Of a DNA stretch of 64,000 nucleotides, positions 11,601-23,000 are shown one piece after another; position 1 is the stretch's first letter, and each line of letters starts with the position of its first letter. Source of the stretch: Ranitomeya imitator. Its lineage: Eukaryota. The position numbers and the translations under genes are program-made. The notes beneath the pieces were generated by a model. It saw only the letters and a program-made list of their open reading frames with translations, did not search any database and was not told where the DNA came from. The stretch covers positions 834,334,001 to 834,398,000 of the forward strand of contig NC_091283.1 in assembly GCF_032444005.1 (NCBI RefSeq), in the 5' to 3' direction.

Positions 11601-14600
11601 TTAGCTTACATTCCTTGGGTACGCCCTCGTCTATTTCTGACCTTATTATCTTCTCCGCAGGCCGTGTCTGAACAGTGGGTCGATCAGTTTACCCCCTTGG
11701 AGAAAGAGTTCGAGTCTGCCAAGGCCGCAGTGGAGGTAAAACAACACAAAATAAAATGCTTGCAGCAGCACAGAGTGTTTCAGGTAGAAAGAGACGGGGT
11801 AATGTTACTTCTCAGATTTTGCACAGCATTCCCTGGGAGATGTAGTTTTGCAGAGTCATAGGGTGATATTTTTTTCTGGGCAGGACTCGTTAGTGTTTGG
11901 GTTTAGTTTTACCTTCACTCTCTGATCTTTTCTCTGATTAGGCTGATGTGGATTTCTGGGACAAGTTGCAAGAAGAATGGGAGGAGATGGCCAAGAGGGA
12001 CGCAGAGGCGCATCCGTGGCTATCAGATTTCCAAGATTTATCTGCCAAGTCTTACGACAAGGTAAGACATTGATGAAAGCTGAGCTCCAAATCCTCAGCG
12101 CAGACATAGATACATGATAAAAGTTGTTTACCTGCGGCCACCACTAGAGGGAGCTCACCGCATACTGTGTGTACACTGGATTCAATAATAACACAGGGTG
12201 CGGAGAGCTCCCCCTGGTGGTGGCTGCAGGGATTCATGTTCATCATGTAACTCCCCGTGCAGGGGATTTGGAGCTCTGCGTCAGAATTACTCCAGTAACT
12301 ATACGCAATGAATCGGCACGTCTCGGCTTGTCTTCCACTAGGGCTACGCGTTTGAAGATGACAATCCATTCTCCGAGGAGGCGCAGCCATTTCAGGAGGG
12401 TCTAAAACGCCTCCGGGAAGGAGACCTCCCCAGCGCAGTGCGACTTTTTGAGATCGCTGTACAGAGAGACCCCAAACACATGGAGGTAAGAGGACGATCA
12501 GGGGGGTCAATACATGCTCCTGGCGTTGTGAGACAGCGGCTGCCCTCTCTGCTCTCCTTCCACAGCAGCTGAACCAGGTAGCCCAGGATGAACAGAGCAG
12601 TAACTTCCAGGGTGTTCTGCAGTCCATGGGGCCTCCTGGTGTACTTGCTTTTTAGTGCAGACTGAAAATGCTCTGCAAACATTAGATTAATCCCTGCTGT
12701 TCACTCATTAACAGCCGGTGAGACCAAAGTCCCGAGGACGTGACGACACATCTCCCCGGCGTGATGCATGGCTGGAGGCCATGATGGTGCAAAATCTGTG
12801 ATCGGCCCATGCACAACTATGTCCCATTATTAATATTGGTGTCTTATGGCTGGGACCGTTACCCCCTGTAGCTATGCTCCTGCCTGCTGACTGTTGCCTT
12901 CAGGCACACTGTGAGGATCCTGTCTGTGCAGGATCCAGGGAGGGACCGGTGTAGGATCCGTGCCGTCACTTAACCCCTTGTATCTTCCAGGGCTGGCAAT
13001 ACCTGGGCACGACTCAGGCCGAAAATGAGCAGGAGCTGGCGGCTATCAGCGCCCTCCGCAGGTGAGGTCCCGTCTCCTCCTGCGCTCTTCTCGCGCCAGC
13101 CTACATGTCTCCTCTACCTTGTGATCTTTATTCTCAGGTGCCTGGAGCTGAAGCCGGACAATCTGAGCGCCCTGATGGCGCTGGCGGTTAGTTTTACCAA
13201 CGAATGCCTCCAGCAGCAGGCCTGCGAGACCCTGCGGGAGTGGCTGCGGCACAACCCCAGATACAGCCACCTGGTGAAGGCGGAGGGCGACGCCGCGGAA
13301 GCTTCCAGAAAGAAATCCCTGGGGACGTTACTGTCCGAGTGAGTGACGACTGTCATCTGTATGTGAAGTTATAGGTTTATGGCGTAAATGGGGGTCAAAG
13401 TGCATCCGAGTTCTTGTCACTCAGTCCCACAGTTGGTTTAACAAGTGTTCGATTTCCCTGCAGTGCCCCCCAAAGGAGATATTGAGTATTACACAGATCT
13501 TACTAAAATCTTTAGGCTTTTTTTATTTTGTGTAATGCTTGGATGTGTTGTTCTTATCAAAAGTTCTCGCTTGCTGTCAGTGAATGGAAACCTCTCCGAG
13601 GGCGAAAAACCTTGGTTATTCTCTATATTTCACGTTATGACTTCTCCTGCTGATGGGTGGGCGTCAGACTGCCAGGACCTCCACTAATCCAGGGAACGTG
13701 GCTCTGAAAGTCTATAGAGCTGCCAACCACAACTGGCTAAAGCCACCGGACATTTCAGAGCCCTGTTCTCGGGGTCAGTGAATGACTCTGCAGGATAGGG
13801 GATAACATGCAACCCTTTATCACACGTCCTGCTGATAATCGGAGGTCCGAGCGATCCCAACAGGGCTCTGAAATGCCTCCTCACTGTCATCTGCCATCTT
13901 TGGTAGTCCCATAGACAATGGGGTGTTTCATAGACCCATTTTCCGGGTCAGTGGGGGTCCCAGTGGTCAAATGTTTATGATCAGCAAGTTATCATATCGC
14001 CACTCCTGAGTGGATTGTCTAAAACACCTGTAACAAACCCTCAGCTGTGACAAGTATTAGGTTAGGGCGGGCTAATAGAGACACTGGTCCAGTAGCCTTG
14101 GACTTAGGACCCCTTCCCCGGCTCATCTTCTGATTAGCAGGCGTGACGTTATGCTGCCTCCTATTCAGAAGGGGCACACGGGCTGCCGGCAGGTTGGGAA
14201 AGGTTCTCTGGGCTCTGGCCTTGTGGCCGCTGGCGCGGCGTCCGTCCTGGGAATCTCTCATTTTCAGTCCATAGATGTAAACAAGAATATTCCCATTTGC
14301 TGCCAGCAAGCAGAGGTTATGCAAAATATACAATAAAGTTGGAAAATGTTGTAAAATGATGAATCCGCGACCGGTCGGTGGAACGATCACGTCTGTTCTT
14401 GCTTTTGGCTTTCAGCTCCTTGTTCTCCGAGGTTCGGGAGTTGTTCCTCACCGCCGTCCGCATGGACCCCAATCAGGTGGATCCCGACGTTCAGTGTGGT
14501 CTTGGGGTCCTCTTCAACCTGAGCGGGGAGTATCAGAAAGCCGTCGACTGCTTCACGGCCGCGCTGAGCCAGAGACCGGACGTGAGTAGTGATTGGGCAC

Positions 14601-15748
14601 GAGTGCGAGCTCTGTGGGCGAGCAGTGGGGTAGTGATCCCTGGCAGCCAATCGGGTCGCTGCTTCTATTTTCTGGGATTAGTTTTCCATAGGGGATTACT
14701 CCACATTTCCATACCACGGCCTGGTGATTGTTGGGGGTCCGGCCTCTGGCTGCTCCACCGATTCCCCAGAACGGAGGGGCCGCAGGGTTAGTAAAGTCTT
14801 TTTCGGCTTTCCTTGCTTCCATTTCATGGCTCCTGGTCGGAAGTGACGCTGGGGTTATTTGCTATACATCTAATACTTCTCACAGCTGAGTGTTTGTTAC
14901 TCTTGCATCCGGTCTCTTCTGCGATCTAATCCTTCATGGTAACAAACTGGAGGATTTGTGCTGGAGATGCAATTGTAACAAACCCTCATCTGTGAGAAGC
15001 GCTGTGGTTTTAGGGTCTCTGCTGTCCCCCTAGCTGCGTGTTAATGCCGAGTTGTCTCCTGCAGGACTACTTACTGTGGAATAAGCTGGGAGCCACTCTG
15101 GCCAATGGCAACGACAGCGAGGCTGCGGTGGAGGCGTACCGACGGGCCCTGCAGCTGCAGCCGGGCTTCATACGCTCCCGATACAACCTGGGCATCGCCT
15201 GCATCAATCTGGGGGCGCACAGGTGAGGGAGAACATCCAATCAAATGTACGAATGCAATGCACAAAAAAAGAAAAAAAATAATCTCATAAAATGTCCACA
15301 GCTCCGATGCAGAAGAATGTGTCTGATCCTCCACTCTGTGCTGGAGGAGGAGGCAACAACACAGGAGTTGTTTGTAGTCTGTAACCATGGAGACACACCA
15401 GTCCGCATGAGCGCTGTGGATATAAAACTATTTTATTAAGTTGCTTCGTTAAAAAAAAAAATTAATAATTATTCAACAACATTAAGACAATAAGTTTCAG
15501 GAGTCCACAGAGGCCTCTACTAATTAATATTGTTGGTTTGCAGGGAGGCTGTGGAGCATTTCATAGAGGCCCTGAGCATGCAGCAGCAGAGCGGAGGCCA
15601 CGGAGGAGCCATGTCTGACAATATCTGGAGCACCCTGCGGATGGCGCTGTCCATGTTAGGACAGAGTAGCTTGTACTCGGCAGCGGATGCCCGTGATCTG
15701 GCCACTTTACAGGCAGCGTTTCCTCCTCCCTCCGCGCCTGCGCAATGA
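5522..15748 (+). CDS. PEX5: Peroxisomal targeting signal 1 receptor PEX5 (long isoform), whole spliced CDS
   Basis: join(5522-5659,6250-6285,7157-7289,7871-7981,9894-9993,10262-10352,10820-10939,11661-11735,11942-12061,12342-12485,12991-13061,13138-13338,14416-14581,15065-15222,15544-15748) = 1869 nt = 622 aa + stop. All introns are GT-AG with consistent phases. Has N-terminal Cys11, an LVxEF motif, seven WxxxF/Y motifs and C-terminal TPRs. Confidence 0.97.
5731..5790 (-). mobile_element. L2-type retroposon 3' end
   Basis: Minus strand TGTAAAGCGCTGCGGAATATGTTGGCGCTATAGAAATAAAG(ATT)n; stem-loop plus short tandem tail. Confidence 0.7.
6250..6285 (+). CDS. PEX5: PEX5 coding exon 2
   Basis: [12 protein letters not shown]; ttgcag| ... 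|GTGAG. Confidence 0.9.
7157..7289 (+). CDS. PEX5: PEX5 coding exon 3
   Basis: [11 protein letters not shown]...[20 protein letters not shown]; donor GTAAGA. Confidence 0.95.
7379..7742. mobile_element. PIF/Harbinger-type MITE (PEX5 intron 3)
   Basis: TIRs GGGTATGTGCACACGCTG / CAGCGTGGGCACATACCC; TTA duplication at 7376-7378 and 7743-7745; internal (AATCCGCAG/CTGCGGATT) motifs. Confidence 0.85.
7871..7981 (+). CDS. PEX5: PEX5 coding exon 4
   Basis: [17 protein letters not shown]...WSREF; two WxxxF motifs. Confidence 0.93.
8051..9840. repeat. 30/31-nt GC-rich minisatellite (GTAATGGAGCCGGCCATCCTCGGTGCCCCCC)n in PEX5 intron 4
   Basis: About 58 units; homogeneous 31-mers in the centre, 30-mer variants at the flanks. 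Confidence 0.97.
9894..9993 (+). CDS. PEX5: PEX5 coding exon 5
   Basis: [25 protein letters not shown]...; donor GTGAGA. Confidence 0.93.
10262..10352 (+). CDS. PEX5: PEX5 coding exon 6
   Basis: [31 protein letters not shown]. Confidence 0.93.
10529..10605. mobile_element. Small hairpin MITE (CCACTAGGGGGAGCTC family)
   Basis: Inverted arms CACCACTAGGGGGAGCTC / GAGCTCCCCCCAGTGGTG; a second copy at 12132-12229. Confidence 0.6.
10820..10939 (+). CDS. PEX5: PEX5 coding exon 7 (PEX7-binding, long-isoform exon)
   Basis: [15 protein letters not shown]...[12 protein letters not shown]; 120 nt, phase 0/0. Confidence 0.92.
11661..11735 (+). CDS. PEX5: PEX5 coding exon 8
   Basis: [25 protein letters not shown]. 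Confidence 0.92.
11942..12061 (+). CDS. PEX5: PEX5 coding exon 9
   Basis: [30 protein letters not shown]...YDK. Confidence 0.95.
12132..12229. mobile_element. Small hairpin MITE, second copy
   Basis: CTGCGGCCACCACTAGAGGGAGCTC / GAGCTCCCCCTGGTGGTGGCTGCAG. Confidence 0.6.
12342..12485 (+). CDS. PEX5: PEX5 coding exon 10 (TPR1)
   Basis: [10 protein letters not shown]...[30 protein letters not shown]. Confidence 0.95.
12991..13061 (+). CDS. PEX5: PEX5 coding exon 11
   Basis: [24 protein letters not shown]. Confidence 0.95.
13138..13338 (+). CDS. PEX5: PEX5 coding exon 12
   Basis: [22 protein letters not shown]...LGTLLSD; follows a 76-nt intron. Confidence 0.95.
14416..14581 (+). CDS. PEX5: PEX5 coding exon 13
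   Basis: [10 protein letters not shown]...[34 protein letters not shown]. Confidence 0.95.
15065..15222 (+). CDS. PEX5: PEX5 coding exon 14
   Basis: [53 protein letters not shown]. Confidence 0.96.
15544..15748 (+). CDS. PEX5: PEX5 last coding exon
   Basis: [10 protein letters not shown]...[19 protein letters not shown]...AADARDL...; TGA stop at 15746-15748. Confidence 0.95.
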
Positions 15749-17296
15749 CCGCAGTATGACCGGTTGCTGTGCGAGTGCATGCTCGCAGGTGTCAGCCAAT
15801 GTACCGGGAAAACGGAACCCAGAACGATGCACTAAACTGCCGCAGACCCAGACGGAGCCACGGATCACCCCCATCGTGTAGTGGCCGGACCTGGCTTGAT
15901 CTTTCACTCCATTGGCTGGTACAGGGATGAAGGGACAAAGCTGATTTTTTTTATTTTTTTTTCCTAATTAACATTGATTTTTATTTAATTACCCTGTGTA
16001 TCGGGAGAGGGACGCTACAGGCGTTACCCTTCGTCCCCCCGATGCTGATGAGACATTATAACTAGCGACGTATCATTATTATCTTATGTCTCTAGTATTT
16101 GTGTTCCTGGAGAAAACGTCCAGCATGTGAGAACCGATCCTGGGCCGTGAGAACAACGCTGCAGCCTTCTGACACATTGGGCCCGATTCATCCTTTGTGG
16201 GGGGTTTATTCTCATGGTACTAATAGAATCTTTTTTTTTTTTTGCCAAATTCTTCAGATTGGCGCAGATGGTTCATGAATTCTGCGGAAAATGTTTTTTT
16301 TTTTTGGGAGGGTGCAGAAAGTCTCACATTTCACTAAAAGTTTGCAAAAATAATAAAATATCATTTCAGACATACATAGAAATCACTCAGGAAGGATGAA
16401 AATTTGCGCAAAAATTTGGAAACGTTAAAAATTTTTATTTCACAAATTGGGCAAAAATGTCCATAAAAAAACAAAAAAAAACTAGACTTTAGAAAAACAC
16501 AAACAATAGACGCTTTTGCAATAATGAATCAGACCCGATGCATTTCCGTTCTCTACACTGTCGAGGTCCCTGCTTGCGGTCAGTGAATGGGAACGTTTTT
16601 TGTTTGTAATTGGAGGATTAAAAATTGGTCCTAAGGACGTCCAGCAAAGGTGAAGCGGGTCAGACGCAGCTGCGATGTGGTTGGTGCAGTCTGCAGTAGC
16701 CGGGTGGCTTGATGCTGTAAGATCGTGCAGCCGTAAAGTGATTTATTTGCCAAAAAGTGTGGCCATTATGTATAAAAAAAACAACCAAACCCCACGTGGC
16801 CGTATCGCTGCACACGGTCGGATGGGATGAGCCCTGGGTCACTTGCACATGATTAAGACGTGTTTCTTGCCTCTGAACAGCTTACAATTCACTGACAGCA
16901 AGCAGAAATCATGTAAAAGGTGAGAAACGGAGTAAAAAGGTCTCATTAAAGGGATTCTCCGGAACCAATCGCTTGTGCAGCCGGAGGCGCTGCAATGACG
17001 CACTGTGAAATCCGCAGTTGTCTGGTAAGCGGCTGAGAATTCAACGTGCGCGGCCCTTTTTGCCTCTCTGGCCATCCTCTTTTGAGCAGATATCATGCCA
17101 TGCTGAGAGTTGTAGTACTGGAACATGTGAGCAGTCACGGGTTTATGTTGTCGCTTAGATCCTCCCTTTATTATAAGTACATGACTGAGGATGCAGATAG
17201 ATGAATGACTGCTCCGGAGCACTTAATGTGACTGTGGTGTTGTGTTTTGGTCTCGTGTCTCGCTGCATTTACTACATATCTATTCAATGGCTGCAG

Positions 17297-17723
17297 TCTG
17301 AAGTAGCAGGGACCGGGGCTATAAGACCAGCGCCCCCCGTCTGTCGGTGATGGTAATGTTACTTCTAGCGTAGTCACTATTTATATTCAGTCTTATTGTC
17401 GTCCGTGCTCCAATATTACAGAAATGTCTTGGAGGAGACGACGTGTGGAAGGTCTAGTGTTACCGTACGGACCGTAGTAGTCCATGTAGAGTGTGATGGT
17501 GGCACAGCTCTGAAGTAGCAGGGACCGGGGCTATAAGACCAGCGCCCCCCGTCTGTCGGTGATGGTACTGTTACTTGTAGCGTAGTCACTATTTATATTC
17601 AGTCTTATTGTCGTCCGTGCTCCAATATTACAGAAATGTCTTGGAGGAGATGACGTGTGGAAGGTCTAGTGTTATCGTCCGGACCGTAGTAGTCCATGTA
17701 GAGTGTGATGGTGGCGCAGCTCT
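17297..17723. repeat. Two-copy 212-bp tandem duplication between PEX5 and NECAP1
   Basis: TCTGAAGTAGCAGGGACC... starts at 17297 and 17509; the copies are nearly identical. Confidence 0.9.
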
Positions 17724-19970
17724 TATAGAGAAATGCATAGACGAGCCGCCACCAGGTGCAAAAGTAACCGCAGGACCTGCCGCCAGCATGATCAACCTTC
17801 TAACATGACAGCAGTGGGAGCGGTTTGGGAAAATGGCAAATGTCTCATCTGGGAGAAGAGTCCATGGTCAGAGGGCACGTGGGCGGCGGGTTGCACTGTC
17901 CTCAGCTGACCATGGACAGCTCATCCCTTTTATTACATAATGCTGAAACAGACAAAAGCATGTAGACCGGGGTCCAGTATTAGAAATACAGCGCCCCACT
18001 GGCTCACGGGCTGTGTCTGCTCCTCCATGGATGTAATAAGTACTGAGATGCAATACCACACACAACCTGTGGACTGGTGTGGCGCTGTATTTGGAAGAAT
18101 ATGACCCCTTTCGCCTATCCATGTGGCCCGAGTATGAACAGTGATGCACAGACCGGCCTCATAAGAAAATATGAAGCGTCAAGTTCAGGTCAGGAGCCCC
18201 CCAGCCCGTCCGAGCTTTGGGTTAGTCCAACCTAAGCCACTGTTATGCAATTGTGTTCATCCCCCTGTAATGGCAATGACCCTCTGTGGTGCGGAGGCGA
18301 CAGGCGCTCGCTGATCACGGATGGTAGGTGGGCGCATTGTGGGGTGGAACAAGCCGTAATCATGGCGTCCTGCTGGAGGAGCGGAGCGCAGACGCCGCTT
18401 TATTTCACAATTATGTATACATTTGTAATAATATAATATAGATTATGTGGAAACCTGAAACGCTGCAGACGATCTTTATTGTGTTAAGAATTTCCGTATG
18501 GGTGAATGGAGCGAGCAGGCGGGCTCTGGGCTCCGCACATATCCGGCAGATCCCGTAGATAGAAGAGGGACAACCCCTTAATAGTCTGACGAGATCCTAA
18601 CATGAGACTTGTATAATAATATTTATCATTTTATGGCGGATTATCGTGATTTCTGGACCCCTCCCTGCCAGACGAAGGCTCTGGCTCCGCAGCGACGCAC
18701 TGTGATCTCACGTCTAACCATTCCTTTGGCGTCTCAAGTGGTACGAGACTCAGGCGCCGTAGACTTCAATGCGACTCACCTACAATTTGGACATTTTTTA
18801 CAGCACAATCACAGTTCTAAGAGAAATTGCATAGAAGTTGTGTGTCGCACATCTTTTCTCAGAATTGACGTCCTGCAACACTTGCTGCCTTGTAGCTCTA
18901 GACTTTTACTGAAATTATAACTAAAAAATTAAAGACTCAATTTTTTTTTCTATATCGTTAATGTCTCTGCTTGTTGTTGGTATGCTGTCAGCACTATACG
19001 CGCTGGAACTTCCTTCACCTCACTTCCCAGCATGCATTTCTCCTACCAATGTCTTGCAATAAAACCCACCTGTCTATTGTGCCTGGATGCAGCGTGACAG
19101 ACCGCAGCGGGAAGGCAAAGCCCGGTCTCTACTGCTGGAGACAGATTACACCTGACAACAGGCAGATAGCAAAAAAAGGGAAATACCTGGTGGCCGGCGC
19201 TTTTGGGAACTCTATTAAATGAGATCAAGTCATGTAAAAATCCAGATACCAAATAAGCACTGATGACGACGGTGAAAATAAGGAGACGTGAAAACACGGC
19301 CCTGAAGTGTCCATACATTAAATTTATTTTATATACACTTTGTTCTTCCAGAATGATCACTATATAATAAATATGTTTCATGATTACAAGACAAGATACA
19401 CGAGTCCATCTACCCCCCTCCCACATCTACCCTGCAGCAGGACATGATACGAGCAAATACCCCATACGAGAGCCCCCCAAAAAACGACAGGAAATCATAT
19501 CCTAGTAATGCTGCACCCCGGGCGCCAGATCTGCTGAATGCAAAGTCTCCCCCAGCCGAGGATGGATCCACAGCGGCCCGGAGGGCAGAAGCTAACTTGG
19601 AAAGTAATAACTAAAAAAAGTAATGAAGCAGCTCTGGTCCAGGGTGGGCGCTGGGGCCGGGTGGGCATCTTGGCGCCAGTGCACAATACCCTGCATGTAC
19701 GTGTGGAATGATTACAGTGAGGAACCAGTAGTTTGGGGGGTAGACGGCAAAACAATGACATGGAAACGGGGCGCAGGCAGGGATGGGGGGACAGGGCAGA
19801 AAAGGAAGAAAATGAGATGCACAATACGATGCCCCCTGGGAGACCCGCACAGCCCATATGATGAGGAGACGTCACAATGATGCGCGGCACGGAGCAGCGG
19901 AGCTTCTGGCGGCGGACATGGGACTGGCAGTTCTCCAGGGGAGAGAAAGGAAGAGATCCAGGTGCGGCCA

Positions 19971-20019
19971 TCAGAACTGAACCCAGCTAGAAGACTGCGG
20001 AGCTTGAGAGGACAGACTG
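19971..20019 (-). CDS. NECAP1: NECAP1 exon 8 (last coding)
   Basis: (S)[15 protein letters not shown]-stop; pyrimidine tract followed by CAGCAG acceptor. Confidence 0.93.
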
Positions 20020-23000
20020 CTGGACAGAAGAGAGTGCAAGCAGGTGAAGCCTCAGTCATACATCGCACGGGCTGGAAGAACTGCAAGTCTCAGCATGCTG
20101 GAGTGGCCCCACCACCATCGATAATGCCCCGAGTGGAGCACAGAAGCCACGAGAGCAAGGTCAAGTTCAGAGTTGGTGGCAGCGAGACAGAAGAGGGCGC
20201 AACCCGGCCAAAGAGAAGAGGACAAACCGCTGCAGGGTTCTTGCCTTTATGTTAAAAAAAATCTTACTTTTCTGTAGACAGTTTTATTAAGATCACAATA
20301 TTATCCTGGGATTTTTGTGAATGAGAAATATCTATATTTATTTATTACAGAGCAACCACCAAGTGTGAACTTCACCCAAGATGACGCAGAGCCCAAATTC
20401 CCTGAACACCAGCACTTATTCCTATATACTCCAGAGCTGCAATCACTATTCTGCTGGTGCAGTCTCTGTGTACATACATTACTGATCCTGAGTTACATTC
20501 TGTATTATACCCCAGAGCTGCACTCACTATTCTGCTGGTGCAGTCACTGTGTACATATATTACATTACTGATCCTGAGTTACATCCTGTATTATACTCCA
20601 GAGCTGCACTCACTATTCTGCTGGTGCAGTCACTGTGTACATACATTACATTACTGATCCTGAGTTACATCCTGTATTATCCTCCAGAGCTGCACTCACT
20701 ATTCTGCTGGTGCAGTCACTGTGTACATACATTACATTACTGATCCTGAGTTACATCCTGTATTATACCCCAGAGCTGCACTCACTATTCTGCTGGTGCA
20801 GTCACTGTGTACATGCATTACATTACTGATCCTGAGTTACATCCTGTATTATACTCCAGAGCTGCACTCACTATTCTGCTGGTGCAGTCTCTGTGTACAT
20901 ACATTACATTACTGATCCTGAGTTACATCCTGTATTATACCCCAGAGCTGCACTCACTATTCTGCTGGTGCATTCACTGTGTACATACATTACATTACTG
21001 ATCCTGAGTTACATCCTGTATTATACTCCAGAGCTGCACTCACCATTCTGCTGGTGCAGTCACTGTGTACATACATTACATTACTGATCCTGAGTTACAT
21101 CCTGTATTATACTCCAGAGCTGCACTCACTATTCTGCTGGGGCAGTCACTGTGTACATACATTACATTACTGATCCTGAGTTACATCCTGTATTATACTC
21201 CAGAGCTGCACTCACTATTCTGCTGGTGCAGTCACTGTGTAACAAAAGGGGAGAAGCCAGCGCTGCTTGTGGTCAGAACGCAATACAAAAAGTGCAAATG
21301 CACATATTAATCTCTGACTGTATATCAAAATGAGACATTTAGCTAACAATTGATCAATTCTTTGAGCCACCCCACCACGTCACGGCATTCTCTTGGGGCA
21401 GTCCTGCTCTACGATTTTTATATTCGCTGTGCCATTACGGCCTCCTTAATATGTTAGGAGAAAGACCACGTTAGTCCCACTCTACGTTTTTTTTGTTTTA
21501 TGCTTGGACCTGGTTGACCGTTATTGTTGCATACCCTTTCTGGCGCCAAGGGAGTGATTCGGAAAAGCTACAGGTACGGTTTGCATTCTATATGTTCCCG
21601 CTTTTAACACATGTAGGAGGCCGTAATGGCACAGTGAATAAAACAAAAAAAACGTAGAGTGGGACTAACGTGGTCTTTCTCCTAACATATTAAGGAGGCC
21701 GTAATGGCACAGCGAATATAAAAATCGTAGAGCAGGACTGCCCCAAGAGAATGCCGTGACGTGGTGGGGTGGCTCAAAGAACTGATCAATTGTTTGCTAA
21801 ATGTCTTATTTTGATATACAGTCAGAGATTAATATGTGCATTTGCACTTTTTGTATTGCGTTCTGACCACATGCAGCGCTGGCTTCTCTCCTTTTGCAGT
21901 CACTGAGTACACACATTACATTACTGATCCCGAGTTACATCCTGTATTATACTCCAGAGCTGCACTCACTATTCTTCTGGTGTAGTCACTGTGTACATAC
22001 ATTACATTACTGATCCTGAGTAACATCCTGTATTATACTCTGGAGCTGTACTCACTATTCTGCTGGTGCAGTCACTGTGTACATACATTACATTACTGAT
22101 CCTGAGTTACCTCCTGTATTATACCCCAGAGCTGCACTCACTATTCTGCTGGTGCAGTCACTGTGTACATACATTACATTACTGATCCTGAGTTACATCC
22201 TGTATTATACCCCAGAGCTGCACTCACTATTCTAATGGTGCAGTCACTGTGTACATAAATTACATTACTGATCCTGAGTTACATCCTGTATTATACTCCA
22301 GAGCTGCACTCACTATTCTGCTGGTGCAGTCACTGTGTACATACATTACATTACTGATCCTGAGTTACATCCTGTATTATACTCCAGAGCTGCACTCACT
22401 ATTCTGCTGGTGCAGTCACTGTGTACATACATTACATTACTGATCCTGAGTTACATCCTGTATTATACTCCAGAGCTGCACTCACTATTCTGCTGGTGCA
22501 GTCACTGTGTACATACATTACTGATCCTGAGTTACCTCCTGTATTATACTCTGGAGCTGTACTCACTATTCTGCTGGTGCAGTCACTGTGTACATACATT
22601 ACATTACTGATCCTGAGTTACATCCTGTATTATACTCTGGAGCTGTACTCACTATTCTGCTGGTGCAGTCACTGTGTACATACATTACATTACTGATCCT
22701 GAGTTACATCCTGTATTATACTCCAGAGCTGCACTCACTATTCTGCTGGTGCAGTCACTGTGTACATACATTACGTTACTTATTCTCACCTGCTGGCAGT
22801 ATTAAAATCACCCCACAGGTCAGCGGAGGCAGGGGCAGCTTTAGGAGGTGGCAGCGGGGATCCCAAATCTAGCAGAATGTCTGGGGGAAAGAGATAAAAA
22901 AAAGTAATATTTAAATTCACCCCAATTAGCAATTTAATCATTTATGTCCACTAGGGGCGCTGCTTTGGAGGGTTACAGTTGCTGACAGGTTACAGCTGAA

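Noticed and set aside
19260-19280. CTGATGA...GAAA hammerhead-like core
   Set aside because: No stem II closing pair, no stem III or NUH site, and no stem I complement.
20340-20410. Minus-strand SWVKF resembling the NECAP1 C-terminus
   Set aside because: No in-phase acceptor and no stop after F; the true last exon (WVQF-stop) is at 20019-19971.
20422-22777. CRISPR-like regular periodicity (also 48001-49296)
   Set aside because: Units are contiguous with no unique spacers, there are no cas genes, and the context is eukaryotic.
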